Source: Eutreptiella sp. 'Long Island Sound 2002' (taxonomy: Eukaryota; Protista; Euglenida). Taken from it: a DNA stretch of 64,000 nt. The first letter of the stretch is position 1; each line of letters opens with the position of its first letter. The stretch lies in contig OZ038379.1 of assembly GCA_964036045.1 (NCBI GenBank), positions 3,162,001 through 3,226,000 of the forward strand, in the 5' to 3' direction. Below the pieces are notes generated by a model, which saw only the letters and a list, made by a program, of their open reading frames with translations, made no database searches and was not told the DNA's origin. This document shows positions 25,201 through 38,975 of this stretch, piece after piece. The translations under genes and the position numbers were made by a program.

Positions 25201-25316
25201 CTGGCGTACGACGGAAGGATCGCCGACAGGATGCCCACCATCTGCAGGTACGTGACCGCGATCTTGAAGATGGTGATGAAGCTCTGCTGCCTTCCAAACG
25301 GGTCGGCACGGAATGC
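25201..25316 (-). CDS. Exon 15 (FKIAVTYLQMVG; hydrophobic segment 2)
   Basis: Acceptor CATCCCCCCAG, donor GTGCCC, phases 0/2. Confidence 0.9.
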
Positions 25317-26430
25317 CTGGGGGGATGGCAGGCAGCACTTGCTTCTTCTCCCTTCGCATGCACACCGCATGTCTGGTACTTCGCATGATAGGCTTGGCTC
25401 ATCAGCAGCTGCCCCCCCCCCCCCCTTCTCCCCCTCCCGCGTCACGAAGCAATGGCCTGCATGGGGACTGTGGAAGGAGAAGGGCAGTGACAGGGAGCAG
25501 TCAGCGCTAGACCCGCCCTTCCCGGGCTCAACCCCCCCCCTCCCCAACGTCCATTGGGGCCGGCTGTGCGTATTTCCTGTTCCCTGTGCCGCCGAAAACG
25601 ATTGGGGATGCGGGTTGTGAACCGCCCATAGCTATGCGCAAGGGGCAGTCACAGCCAATTTGACGGCCGTCCACAAAGAGCTTCTGGAACCGGTTCGGCA
25701 CATTGGTTGTTGCCTCTGGTACCCCTTCAGAGTGGCTTACCCAGGTGCTGGGGGGGGGGGGGGGGTTATGGCATGAAGCTGTGATATTTTGTTGTCTGCT
25801 GTTGGCGGTGCCAGCCTCCCGCCACTGCCATCACTGACTCCGGTGAAGCCAACGCAGTTTCTGGTTGTGCCAGTGGAACCGCAGGACTTTCCCTGTTTCA
25901 CACCTCCGTGATTGGTCATCACAGAAGGGGCGCTTTCGCCCTCGCCACTGGCCAGGAACGTCCAGACAGACATCCCTTGCGAGCGGTGGATTGACCGTCC
26001 CCAACGGTGGCATTTGGGCCCGGGGATGTCCACCTCCAGGGTCACTTCCCTGAGGGGCGGGGCTCCTAGCAACCACACTATTCCTCTCCTGTCTGCTTAC
26101 CTCCTGTTCTGCGCTCTGCACCTTCCTTCGCGCGCGCCCCGTGCTCTTCCCTATGCCACATCCCGGTGTCTACACGGGGGTTGCTCACGGGCGTTCTGTG
26201 TTGGTGGTGGTGTGCATGGGGGGGTGGTATTTGGCCACTTGCTTCTGCTGGCCCACCCTTCTGCCGAGGGGGGGGGGGGATGAGCAACCTCCAGTACTCG
26301 GGGGTCGAAGGGGGGGGGCAGAGTTAAGGGCACAGACCAGGCATCCGTCGAAAAACATGGGCACATGGCAAGCCCGAGGCGCCACAAAAGAGGGGAGAGG
26401 CAAACATGGCACGGCGCAGGCACCACAAAC

Positions 26431-26567
26431 CCGGTAGCTCGTGAAGCCGATCACGCCACAATACCCCACGACGATGAATGCAACGGCGAGGATTGACAGC
26501 ACCTGGGCCGGGCACTGGCCGCAGCCGCTGCCAGTGCGTCCTGCTTCGCATAGAGAACACAGCGGCC
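26431..26567 (-). CDS. Exon 14 (GPLCSLC...C; first hydrophobic segment)
   Basis: Acceptor TTCCACTTCGCAG, donor GTTTGT, phases 1/0. Confidence 0.9.
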
Positions 26568-28695
26568 CTGCGAAGTGGAACGTGGACCGCCATTGACATT
26601 TGGCGATGTGCATCAAACGGCCGCAACCGAAATGCAGCGCGCGAGCACGGGATTAGTGCAGGGTGCATGCGTTTGTTGAACCAGTCAGAGTCTCAATTTC
26701 CAATCGCTGCATCACTGCCGGGTCTCTGATGTACTCAAATCCAGAGGGGCCCAACTCCGTGGTTGCTCACGCACATTGGAGAAGGAGGGAGAAAGAGGGA
26801 CATGCCAACAACACAACGTTGTTGGCAGGCAGACCAGATTCTCTACCGCAATGGCATGCAGGGGGTGTGCGCACACATTCACGGACGGACGAACTGATGC
26901 ATGTCAAGCCGTGAGCAGCACTGTGTCCCTGGGTATTTCTTTGTGGGTTTCAGGGAGGATATTGTTAAAGCTGAAACCAAGCGATGGCGCCCGGGGCTAT
27001 GACTCACAGCAGGCACACACTCGCGTTCAGGCACAGGCACAGGGGCACACGCATTGACGGCCACCTGTTTGAATATTGATACCCAATCGTGCCACAGAAC
27101 TTTTGAGGGTCTAGAGGGGGGGCTGTTGGTGGGGGAGGGGGGGGGCGGGGGATTTGGATTTCGTTTTGGATTTGGATTTGGAGGCTGATCTTAAGGCTCA
27201 CGGGATGTCTGGGGTGGAGCACTATGGCGGTCCCCGACGACTCTGCATATCGATCGGCCATGCCATGTGAGATGCACTCCCAGGGCCCTCAACGGACCCT
27301 CCCGTTGCGCCCTCCATGTTCCCGGGCCGGGTGGCTGCGATGGGCCGTGCCCTGTGCCATTGTCGGGACGCTCCGGACTCGAGGCCACCACCCTCCGGTG
27401 TGCCGTCCGTGGGCCCTGCCCACTCCTCAGCACTATTCCTGCTCCCGTCCCCCGGGGGGAGTGTTGGGGGTGTGGGGGTTCCTGGGAGGTATGAAGGGGG
27501 GGGGGGGTCAGGCACCTCCGAACAGTTGGGTATGCGGCCCAAGTAGCCCGGCTCATGCACCGCCACTAACCAAAAAGATAGGGAACCATCGGCTTGGGTA
27601 TTTCTGGCAATGAGTACCAGAAACCTCAGGGGGGGGTGTCCCGAGGCGGTCATGGGGTGAGGTGCACAACACAAAGGAGTGAGGAGTGAGTATACAAAGG
27701 AGTGAGGAAAGATTTTGAGGTGAGGGAATTCAGAATTTTTGTTGCTTAGGGAACAGGGAAGGTTGCTTCCCTAACGCCGGCATGCTTCAATCCATGTGCA
27801 CATCACAGAGCCACCACATCTGCACCAACAGTGGGACGGAAGTGAAGGACCGGGCAGTCCTGGAATGGAAATGGGCTCTAATAAGCCCTACGCCTGCAGA
27901 TGATGTATGTTAAGAAAAGACATTGTCAAATCGGCACACGAAGTCCTTCTTGGCTCGCTTGCGGTGCACACATGTGGCCCAAGCTACCCACTGTGCTTTG
28001 TGTTGTGCAGCCATCAACTCATTAGCCCTATTGACGGCGGCCTTGGAGGGCTTCTGTTTGGCCACAATGTTAGGTTCTTGTTCATCTTCCCATTCACCAA
28101 AGAGCCGGCCCATCCTTTCCTTCCCTGCCCTTGGAAACTGCTCGCTTCCTCGTCACAACTTACAACTCAATACCTCACCAACATTTGGGGTACAAATTCT
28201 GCACTTGGAGTACTGCTCTCGTTGCTGCTCCTGGTCCTGCGGTTGCTGCTCCTGGTCCTGCGGTCGCAGCAGCTACTTGCTACTGCTACGATTACTGCTA
28301 CTACACAATACACAGAGGGTGGATGAACAATTTTACCCCATACCGTATGCCGGGAAACAATTCTTCCACGCCTACAGTACCTGCAATTTCCCCAAAGATC
28401 TCAAAGTGGAGAAAGACGGTATCGAAAAATTTGGGGGGTCTGGAGGGGTGGGGGAGGGGGAGGGTCTTTGGATTCAAACGGGCAGCCAAACAGAAGACAG
28501 ACAAACAGACAGACAGGCAGGCAGGCAGGCAAGGCAGGCAGGCAGAAGAGGGGCAGAGAGGCAGACATATAGACAGAGAGGCAGGCAGGCAGGCAGAGAG
28601 GCAGAGAGGCAGAGAGAGAGACAGAGAAACAGAGAGACAGAGAGACAGAGAGACAGAGAGACAGGTGGACGGACAGACACAAGAGAGATGCAGAC

Positions 28696-28816
28696 CTCTG
28701 AAGCCTTCAGAGCACGTTCCCACAACTTGGTCTGCCAGACAAGGCCGACCAGCATCACCCATTACAGCAGGACAGGGGAAGAATCTGAATGAGCCGTCCA
28801 ATCGCCAGTAGTTATA
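28696..28816 (-). CDS. Exon 13 (YNYWRLDGSFRFFPC...CSEGFR)
   Basis: Acceptor CTCTTTGTGCAG, donor GTCTGC, phases 0/1; YWR...C motif. Confidence 0.88.
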
Positions 28817-28997
28817 CTGCACAAAGAGCGGATGGGCATGTGATCTGAAGCTGTTTTGTGTTTTGTGGCAGCGTTGGTGTGGTATGTGTGTGTCAGTGTG
28901 TGTGTGTGTGTGTGTGTGTGTGCATGTTTGTGACCCCCAATATCCCTGAAACAACATAATAGCGTTCTCTACAGCTCTGTCCGCACTGCAGAAATTT

Positions 28998-29094
<97 letters not shown>

Positions 29095-29890
29095 CGGGTG
29101 TGCATGTGCATGCGCATGTGTGTGTGTGTGTGCGCACGCACCCAGGCTGCCCGGGGTAGGAGTCCTTGAAGGGGGTGGTGCGGCCGTAGGTGGCTTCCCG
29201 TGGTACTCCTTGTACCCATGTGCCGGGGTGGGTGGGGGCATCGTATCAAAGAGGGCACCTGCCTGTTACACTCTTGGACGCTTGGGCGGCGGGTCGTGGG
29301 TTTTGGGCTGTTCTGAGACCCAGCCCTCCCCCCCTCCCCATGCTCCTCTGTGTATCACGGCGTGACAGCAGGACCAGGGCCAGACTCAGATCACCTCGCA
29401 TAATGCACGTGCCTGCGCCGAGTCTGGCTTTTTGGCCCCCCACACCCATGTCCGGGCTGAGCGCCCACCGAGGGAGGGCTCAGGCTCCTCCCTCCACCTC
29501 CCTTGTGTGGGAGGCGGGGCGGGGGGGGGAGCAATCCCCCGCCCGACATTTAGCCCCCTTGCCGACATCCCTACCCTGAGCACGGGCTGGTTGGTGGTCC
29601 TCCTCCTCGGGCCCAAAGCTAGGCATCTGCCCCCAGCCAGCATCCCTGAGGGTGGCCAGGAGGGCGTGCCCAGCAGCACTGGATGCCTCCTCCCCAGCTA
29701 CACCTCTGTTGGCCCTTGGGGCAGACCTAGCCATCCGGGAAGGGGACGGTCACGGCCCCTTGCACCGAGTCCCTCCCACGGGCGTGGGTGGGCTCCAAAG
29801 ACCCCCCTCGGGAGGATACATCCCTTCCCCCGCATGCCCCTCTGCCAACCCTGGACCCTAAAGCTGCCCATGATCCTGCCTTGGTGCCTG

Positions 29891-30064
29891 CTGCACCGTC
29901 TGCCCCCGGGAAGGGGTGGCTATGGCCCTTTGCTCCCAGTCCCTACCCCTCACGCCCCTCTGCCGGCCCTTGGCCCTGAGTCTGTGCGTGACCCTGCCCT
30001 GGGCCTGGTGCCCCGGCCCACTGTACCGCCAAGCCGACCACCGCCCCCGCTAGGGCGCCAGGCC
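29891..30064 (+). repeat. Dispersed repeat, second copy 32530-32690
   Basis: Shared GCACCGTCTGCCYCCGGGAAGGGGTGGCTATGGCCCTTTGC and CCCCGGCCCACTGTAC. Confidence 0.8.
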
Positions 30065-30284
30065 CTGCCCTACGCCCTGACCCGTCACAGTGCCCACCCC
30101 ATGCAGAGCCTGACAGAAAGTTCGCCAGTAATGTTCAGCGAAGAAAGCACAAGCTCGCTGAGCCGCTGAGGGCAAAGCCGGCCCCGCCTTCGGCCAATGC
30201 GCCGGCGTGCGCATCCCCCAGCCCTGCCTGGCCTATGCAGACACAAAGAGGCATTCAATCGACGATGTGGCGGGCGGCGCATAC

Positions 30285-30495
30285 GTCAGTCAGCAACACA
30301 TCCGTGCCATTGCATTTGGCCCCCGTGATGCACGGTTGGCATGAGGTGTTGCCGGTCACATAGTAGGTGGTCGACTCGCAGGGCTTGGCCTCGATGGGAC
30401 GGGACGTGGTGTTGGCGACAGTGAGTCCGCTGGCCGCTGGCAGAGAGAACACGATGGAGCACTGCAGACCGTGACCCACCTCAACTTTGATGTCC
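30285..30495 (-). CDS. Exon 12: Ig end plus Cys-rich GCC2/GCC3-like module (CESTTYY...CQPCITGAKCNG)
   Basis: Acceptor CTGTTTCGCAG, donor GTATGC, phases 2/0. Confidence 0.9.
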
Positions 30496-31389
30496 CTGCG
30501 AAACAGAGGAGCAATGACTAAGGGCATCTGAAAGCTGTACAAACGCGAAATCCGTAGGTTCGGCACGTCAGGTCAGTACGTCGCATCGGTATCCTGGGTC
30601 ATTACGCTGGGTCGGTACATCATGTCAGTACGCTGGGTCGCTGCATTGTGTCGGTGTGTCGGGTCTTGGTCGGGTCGGTAGGGTGTTGGCTGGAGATCCA
30701 CCTTCCAGGCATGCATTGGAAAAATAGGAGCTGGGGGACAGGGGGGGTTTGGAACTGGGGGGAGGGGGGTCTCTCGCCGGTTTGGGGTTTGGCATTCAAC
30801 AGTCCTGCGTTGACGATGATCTGGCAATCACAATCCAACAGTGAACGCACAAACATATAAGGTGCACCATGACACCAACGTGACAATTCGTGATAATGTG
30901 TGAGCAAATCATCCCCTCATGGCCAAATGATGGCGAAAACATGTGTGCTTTGACCTAGCGGAGTTGGTGCGCACCACAATATAAGAGGTGCTGGGAACCG
31001 GGGGAGGACGACACCCTCCCTCCTAATAGGCCACCATGCCAGCATGGCAGTCCTTAAAGAGGAAAAAAAAAAGTGCTCCAAAACTGCAAGTTTCCAAAAA
31101 AACCGCGTGTACCACATGCATTCAACCGTTCCTGCCCTACCTGCGACCCCGCGCAATCCACATGCAACATGAAGAGGTGGAAATTCTTTCAAGAATTGAT
31201 ATTGCCTTCGGCAGTGCACCTCGAAGAGAGGCGGACAGTGAGCCAATCAGTCAGTTAGTCAGACAAGCAGTCAGTCACGCAGTCAGTCGGGCAAGCAGGC
31301 AGGCAGGCAGGCAGACAGAAACACACAGTGTGGATTTTTTCGGTGTAAGACTTGGCTACAAGCAGAGGGGAGCCACATGTGCACCACAA

Positions 31390-31460
31390 CCTGCATTGGT
31401 CGAGTGGAAAACCACTCAACCGCCACTAGAAAGGTCGCCGGTACGATTCCCAGCCGGCGA
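31390..31460 (+). pseudogene. tRNA-Gly-like relic or SINE head
   Basis: A-box TGGTCGAGTGG, CCGCCAC anticodon-like loop, B-box-like GGTACGATTCC; stems broken. Confidence 0.45.
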
Positions 31461-34400
31461 AAAGACCGGTGGCAGCGCCGGTTGACCTGTGAATTCTGCT
31501 GTACCTGACCCATGTCCAAACCCTTCTGAGCACAAACTTTTGACCCCCCCCCACCCCACCCCACCCCAGCCCCCCATAAGTGATATCCAGTTTCAAGGGA
31601 TAGGGGCCCCAGAATCAAAAAATCTATTGGGGGATCGTTTCATTGGGCAAAATAATGATTTTACAAGGGGTTGGACATCCAATATCATGCCTTGGGGTAT
31701 GCTACGCGAACGACCCCCCAAAAGGGGTGCCTGCGCTTGATCTAACAACCTCTCTTCGAGCTGATTTGGTGTTGCAGCGTTCGACCACCCAAATGTTCCT
31801 TAGCTGGTGGTACAGCTGAATGCAAATGCCAACATAAATAATCTTGCCAAACAACAAAGAAAAGAGAAACATGGTTACACAACCTTGACCTTGGCAAACC
31901 GATAGGACTGAGTGGGAAGCCTCCAGACCAGCTGCGCCTAGACCTTGCATTGTGTTGTTGTCACGGAACAAAAAGCAGGTAACACACCACATCCCTCAAC
32001 TGGGTTCAAAGCGAAGCCATGGACGACCCACCATCCATCCATGCTGAAAACGGCGTTCCATTTGGTGCTCGCACGCTTTGCCATTTTCCTTCTACCAACA
32101 CGTACAACACCACCAACAACAACAGCAGCAATAGTAGCAGCAACATACGACAACAACCCCAACAAAGTACACAAGAGGCAATCCCAAAGCCAACACCAAC
32201 ATCCTCCTCCTCCTCAAGTGCATCAAAGAACAACCCCCACCGGACCGGCGAGCGAGGCTGTGCCCACCAAATACCCCACCATCTGAGTGGCAAGAGGGGT
32301 CAGGTTTGTGCACACAAATCAGTTTTGTTCTGTTCTGCGTGCCAAATGCCTTCCCATCCAGCCACCGAGGGGTGTCTTGCGCACAAAATGCCTGGCCCGA
32401 TGATGCTTCGCGATTGGCATATCACACGCCTGACAAAGAGTATCAAGGCTACCACACCTTCAAGGACAACACCAAAGAGGAAGAAGTCTCTAGGAACAAC
32501 ACCAAACTCCCAACGGAAGTGCGGCTTGTTGCACCGTCTGCCTCCGGGAAGGGGTGGCTATGGCCCTTTGCACCCAGTCCCTCTGTTGGCCCTTGGCCCC
32601 AAATCTGCCCATGCCCCTGCCCTGGTCCCGTTGCCCCGGCCCACTGTACTGCCAAGCCTACCACCACCCGTGCTAGGGAGCCAGGCCAGTAGTGCTGCCT
32701 GTTGCAATTTCAAGAGGCTTTTCTGTTGCCTTCACAACCCGTTCAAGTAGTTTGAATCGACTGGGATGCAAATAAAAGACCATACAGCCATACAAATGCA
32801 CGTACAATTGGATCACCCAAATCTAGGGTAGGTGACTTGTGGTGAGCAACATGTGGCATCATGCTGTAGTGTGGGTTAACAACAACCTCAAGCCCGCTTC
32901 TCAACTTGTTTTGTGCAACAGCTGTTGTTGGTCATGGAAGCTAAAGACGACAAAAAAACCCCACCCCCTCCGGTGCCGTACCCATAGACACCATCATTGG
33001 AGGCAGACGGGACTTAAGGGGTTCTGGTCAACAAAATTGCTTAAATTCTTGATGCAACAGGAAAATGGACGCAAACGGACGCCCCCTTCAATGGCAAACG
33101 GACGCAAATAGACACCCCCTGCAAGCACAAACGGACGCAACCGGACACACCGCCACCTAAAACAGGACGCTAGGGCCAGACATGATGCGCAGGACCTTTC
33201 GTCCAGCCCCTGCAGTGCCTCAAACACTGTTGCCGTCCTCTCCCCTTGCCCCGCTCGCTGACAGCCGGGGACCAGAAGAGGAGGGGCAATACAGGAACGG
33301 TCGGATGTGGTGTGAGCGCACTGGTCCTAACCCAGGCCCGCGTCAGTCCCCTGTCAGTACTACGCCGGTGCCACATCGTTGCTGCTCGGTCCTGCGTCGG
33401 TGCAGCGGCCCCTCCAGAACACTAACCTTTGCTTAACAAAGCCGCTCACTGAAGGGCTTCTGGTCCTGGGGCACTTGGAGGCGATTGCACACTGGGCTAC
33501 ACTGATGGGAATGTCAGTTGTTTGGGTCATCCACAGGGGCACAGAGCAGGCGGCATTCCCAAGGTATTTCTTCCTCCGTCTCTATACCCCAAGCCCATCC
33601 ACGACATCATCAAGGCCTCTGCAATAGAACAGCCAGTGAGAACAGCCCAAACGATGAGACAAAGAAATGGGTTTGAAAACATTTTGTGGGATATAAATCC
33701 CGATTGCAAACCCAATTTCCGATGCTCAAAAGGGTCAACAGGCGACCTTAGGGACACTCTTTTACCATTTTTTGAAACCTCACCCATCAACTTGTTGTAA
33801 CTCCAAAGAAGACCATGCTGAACCTGTTGAGCAATGGTGTGCACCATTGCTCCAGTTCTTCCAGGTCGTCTGTTGCAAACCCCACCTTGCCGTGTCTCCG
33901 TGGCATCCATGTTCTGTGTCCGGTAGGGAGCATGACCCGTCCCGGTAGCACAGTGGTCAGGGCGCATGCCACGTGACCGGGAACCCCATGGTCAGCTGCC
34001 GGGCAGGGTGCACAGGTTGTATGGCAATGAGTCAGTAGTAGGGGTGGGCAGAAGGGGGGGGCGGTTGCCATAGAGGCCGAGAGAGTGTACTGGTCAGAAA
34101 TTCCGGGCTTACATACATGTTCACCTTTTGAGGGCATCCTCCACACAATTGATGCTTGTTCTACCAAGACCCTGCAGTGGGGCCTAGGCAGTGATTTGCA
34201 GTGGGTGTTTCTTCTACCAAAGCCCTGCAGTGGCACCTGGGTGTCCTCCCACATCGCACACTAGTTTGTGTTTCATGGAGGAGGTCGGCCATGTAGCTGT
34301 GTGTAGCTGTTTTGGTTATTGGTGTGTGTACGTGCACACACACTTTCCTACGGGTGGCACAAGGGTGCCCACAAGCGCTTGCATGAGGGTTGAAGGCTGT

Positions 34401-34484
34401 GGTTGGTGCGTTTGTGTGTACTACCACGTTCATGAGGGTGGAATAAGGAGGGGGGGGGGGGATGGCACAAAATGGGTGAAGCAC

Positions 34485-34704
34485 CTGAACTTGAACAGCC
34501 CCTGGCTGAAGGTTGCCACGTCGGACTGGGACCAGCCCCGGCATGGGATCAAGTAGGCATGGGCCACGAGGGATGTGGCGTCTGGGTATTCCACACGGTT
34601 CTCGGCCGCGTCCTGCAGCTCCAACTCGGGCTGATCCTCCAAGCTTTGGATGTTGTCAGTGAGCCGTGAAGGCTGCTTCGTGATATAGAGCCTGACTGGG
34701 ACCC
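34485..34704 (-). CDS. Exon 11: Ig-like (VPVRLYITKQPS...QPELELQDAAEN...FSQGLFKF)
   Basis: Acceptor GCGCCGCAG, donor GTGCTT, phases 1/2. Confidence 0.88.
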
Positions 34705-35157
34705 CTGCGGCGCGGGAATGTGTGGGTGGTGGCGCGACATTCTGGGGGGCATACTCCTGGGACACAGCACCAAACGGCAGAGAAACATTCATTTTTGAGG
34801 AGGGCAGCCGCCTTGTTTGCTCAGGGGTGGCACGGACAGGCCCTAGTGATCCCTTAGGCTGCAGGCACGGGTCGCCAGAGGGGTTTCCGCTGTGCCAGAG
34901 CCATTGACGGGGGACCAGAACCGCACTGCAGTCCGAACTTCAGGTACCAGTCATTTCTGAGGGAGGGGGGGGGTCATAAAGGCAAAATCAAGCAAAACCA
35001 GCACACAGCCCCGACACACAGCAAAGATCTTGGCCGCATCTCCTCCCTCCCAGGCGCCGGATCGGGGCCCTTGTCCGAGGCCCCACTCCTCTTCCAGTCC
35101 CCGGCCAGCCCCCGGGGGTGTGCCTTTGACTCACAATGCACGGGTGGGGCATTTGGT

Positions 35158-35414
35158 GAAACCTAGTATGCACGTAGCAAAACCTAGTAAAATGTAGCAA
35201 AACCTAGTAAAATGTAGCAAAACCTAGTAAAATGTAGCAAAACCTAGTATGCACGTAGCAAAACCTAGTAAAATGTAGCAAAACCTAGTAAAATGTAGCA
35301 AAACCTAGTAAAATGTAGCAAAACCTAGTATGCACGTAGCAAAACCTAGTAAAATGTAGCAAAACCTAGTAAAATGTAGCAAAACCTAGTAAAATGTAGC
35401 AAAACCTAGTAAAA
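35158..35414 (+). repeat. 20/21-bp minisatellite with (ABBB)3 higher-order pattern
   Basis: A=AAAACCTAGTATGCACGTAGC, B=AAAACCTAGTAAAATGTAGC. Confidence 0.95.
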
Positions 35415-36180
35415 CCATTTTTTTTAACTTTTCACTACAGACCCGCACGGGTGTCAGTCCCCCGTCCGCTAGGTACTACCGAAGGGCAGCATTTGGCGGG
35501 TGAGCCCTAGAGGCCTAGTCCATCACCCGGTCCCACACCCCGCACACCCCGCGTAGACCGCGTGCCCAAAGCCACAAGGCCCTTACGGGGCGGTGGTGCA
35601 CCCCCTTCCTCGGTCGGCACCTGGTTACCTAACCAACCTAACTCAGTACCTAATTCATTCTGGTACCAAAACGAATATGGTCCGAACAGAAGTGTTCATT
35701 GGACAACGCGTTCGTTGGACGGGTGGGTGAGGGGGATTAGAAGTGATGTCGAAGTGGGGGATACCTGAGTATCCGTGGCAGATACTCGTCAACCCGCCAG
35801 TATAGGCCCGTGCAGAGGACCATGATGCAGTCTGGTCTGTCTTCTTTGAAAACTCAGATGCCTGTGTAGTAGAATCGGTCTTGAAGTCCAAAGTTTGCAG
35901 GTACTTTAGGGCATACATGGCCTTTGTGGGTGTTAACACCGAGGCTCATGGGCTGCCTCATCCGTGTTCTGGTCAGTTCAGCGCTTTTTTTTGGAGGGTA
36001 ACAGGCTATGTCAGCCACAGCCGGGGTGAGCCCTGAAGTCCCATGGCCACCTCCCGTACTGGTTGCGTCTGACGTTTCTGTTTTTTACAAAGCCAATGTG
36101 CAAGCAGACGTGTAGCTGCGACGCAAATAGTCCACGCTGTCCAGCAAGGCGCCGCCACCAATAGGTCAAGCTGTCCAGAT

Positions 36181-36426
36181 CAGGCCTTTGCTTAGTGATA
36201 CTGGGGGGGGGGGGGGGGGTCAAATTGGCCCCCCGGGATTTTGGCTGACCCACCCACCCACCCACATCAGAAAATTTTTCCTCAGGAAAAAAATGAAATT
36301 TATCAAAGGGGCCCAGACTTGGAGGTCGATTTCAGGTACACAAACTTTTTTTTGGCCTCTGACCCACCCAGCCACCCCCCCCCCCCCCGCCGGTATAGTA
36401 TCAACCAGACACTAAGCAAAGGCCTG
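36181..36426. mobile_element. hAT-like MITE, 246 bp
   Basis: Perfect 17-bp TIR CAGGCCTTTGCTTAGTG, 8-bp TSD GTCCAGAT on both sides; related left end at 17786-17920. Confidence 0.88.
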
Positions 36427-37206
36427 GTCCAGATCAAGTTTCAGGTCAGAAGAGGATCTTTAGACCCAACAGGACTCTGCTTGATTGTCACCCCTCTGTC
36501 CCCTTCGCCGCTTCCTCCGTGTCTCGCCAACATCAATACGAAACCCCTCACTGTCACTCCCCTCGGTGCTTGGACAAGGCCGGGGGCTTAGGCCAAGTTG
36601 GTGCACTGCGTGCGCACTGCAAGCGCAGTGTATGCGGGCCAACAGCTCTGCCCATGTTGGGGCATCCAGGGCTGGACCTGTGGACACTGTGTCATCTGCT
36701 GCTCGGATTTGCATGAGCCCCGTATGTGTGCTGCCGGACGATGGTTTTGTGCCTGCGTGTCTTCGACGCCTGTTGCTGCCAACAGACAAGTTTCGTGGCT
36801 AGTGGGCCCAGGGAGGAGTGTCGTTTCTGTCTGTTTGAGCCAGCATTTGGGTCCGCCTTTCATTTGGTGGGCTCACCAAAGGGGGAGGAACCAGAAATCC
36901 AGCAAAGCGACCGGTCCGGGGGGGGGGGGGGGGTCTGGGGCCCCCACGCCTACCCCCACACCCCCCGATAATGCTGAGGTGTCGAGTCCTACTACCAAAT
37001 TTCATTGCCCCCAAAAAGTGTTGGAGGGGAGGAGGGGAGGGAGGGGGTGTGGGGCCGGGGGGAGGGGGGGGGGCGTCTGCCCCCGAGCCCCCCACATGCG
37101 TCCACCTCCTCATGGGACAAAGGGCATGCATCAAAAAAAGGGCAATCACTTTAAAAACACGCAGACAGACCGCGATCTGGCCTCCGAGGACGGAGAGAGG
37201 GCGCAC

Positions 37207-37347
37207 CTTCAAGGACGTTGATCTGAACAGACGGGACGACGGGTCCGAAGACGGATTCCACGCGCAGCTCGTATTGCCCGATCTTTGGTTTGTACATCAC
37301 CAGCGACGGAAACGAGCCCGCGCCGTTGCTTATGAGCGTGGCACCAC
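37207..37347 (-). CDS. Exon 10: Ig-like (GATLISNGAGSFPSL...QINVLE)
   Basis: Acceptor CTCGCAG (an in-phase upstream AG also exists), donor GTGCGC, phases 1/1. Confidence 0.78.
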
Positions 37348-38975
37348 CTGCGAGCGCATATGCAGCGGCGTGTGCCCTTGGACCTGCCCTGTGTCCGGGC
37401 CTATGCGTACGCAATGTTTTGAGATAAAGGGGATGGAGAGGCGGAGGGGGCAGAGGATGGGAGGGGGGGGGTGTGACCTAATTAAAAAACAGACAAATGC
37501 AAACCAGAGGTAATGCACTCCACAGTCAGGCATAAGTGCATCTTTATTCTCTATGCCAAACCTGGTTAAACCTCAAGACACACACTGTGTCTGAAACAGA
37601 AAACAGAACATCATGTCTGACTACATTAGTCAGACAATCACAGTCAGTAGCTGTCAGTCAGACATCAGCAATCAGTGTCGGATAAAGACACCATGCATTA
37701 CCGGCATGGGAGGGGGGGGGGGGGGGGCAGAGTGTCCAGGCATTGTTCAGTGGTAATGTCGCTTGGCTGCCGCTCAAAAGAGCCCCATTTCGAACCAAAT
37801 GGCAGGCGGGGGGGGAGGGGGGCGTGACTTGTGTTGGAGCCAGGTATTCGAATGGGACGCAAGCATCCGTGTAGGAAGTGCAGCGATGTGCGACCAACAC
37901 GCTGATGCGCATGCTTTTGCACGGCAGGGGGGTGTTTACCAAGGGGGGCCGCCGGTTGAACTGCTTGACGCCAACACCCCCCCCCCCTCCGTCGCCCCCG
38001 GAACTCTCCACGCTGATCATTTTGAGTCACCTTTTGTGGGCGTGGAATGTTTGTCAGCAATGATGCCAGGGCCACTGTGTGGCCCAAAAATCTGCTCCGG
38101 CGCCTTGGGCACCTACCCTGATACCCTGGGTGGTCAAAGGAAGGGGGGAGGGGAGGGGGGGGGGGGGGGTGAAAGCCATAAAGGCAAAACAAGCAAAAGC
38201 CGATATGTGCACTCAGCACCAAAGCAATGGATGTGCGTACCGAACGGACGCATGGCTGATAGACCTAAGGTAACGTGACCAGTAGAATGACTAGTGCCTT
38301 GTCGTGCCGGGGCATATGCAAAAATCAGCCAAATCCTGCAAACCCCCTGTTGATTGGGCTTTGTGAAGCTTTTTGTAAACGTTTGGCCATGGTCTTGTTG
38401 CAATGATCTGCAACTCCTCCAGCGACTCGGCACTTTTATACGCCGCGGTAACGAGACCTTCACTGTGGGATTCAGGGGTCACCTTACCTTTCATATGTGC
38501 ACAAAGTACATAACACTCGAAGATGTACTGCAGTTATTGTGGACGGAGCCCTTTCGAAGGCTGACCCCTGTTTAACACAGCCTTCCACTTCAACAGCGCC
38601 TTCCACTTCAGGAACTTGTGGAACCAATTCAGTCAGAGGCTCATAACAGACATCACTTGCGTTTCTTGTTGTTTTTACTTGTACGCGGAGACGGGGGAGC
38701 AGGAAGAGAGGGATAAAGGGAAGTAAGGAAGAAATCCAAATGTTTTTGGGGGTATTTGGACAGCCCCCCGGAGGTGTTTACATGAAACCTACCTCCGTGC
38801 TGTGCAGTGTACGAGGCAACCCCAGGGGATGAGCTTCGGTTGCACGCCCTACGCCTCGCAGCAGCTATTGTGGCGTGCCGACTGCTCGAGATGCGACGCA
38901 GTCCCTCCCTGGGACAGCGCATTCGAGGGGTTCAAGGGAGAGCCGCGAGGGCAGACAAACACAAAGAGGTCATAC

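Noticed and set aside
27300-27400. RSVPTMAQGTAHRS resembles the LINE word NVPTMAVLAHRS
   Set aside because: Match too short, no zinc knuckle follows
35158-35414. CRISPR-like look of 20-21-bp repeats (also 55437-55630)
   Set aside because: Head-to-tail units with no unique spacers and no cas genes; eukaryotic context
35655-35939. ORF TPTKAMYALKYLQ... as a host exon
   Set aside because: Exons 10 and 11 join cleanly; no recognisable motif
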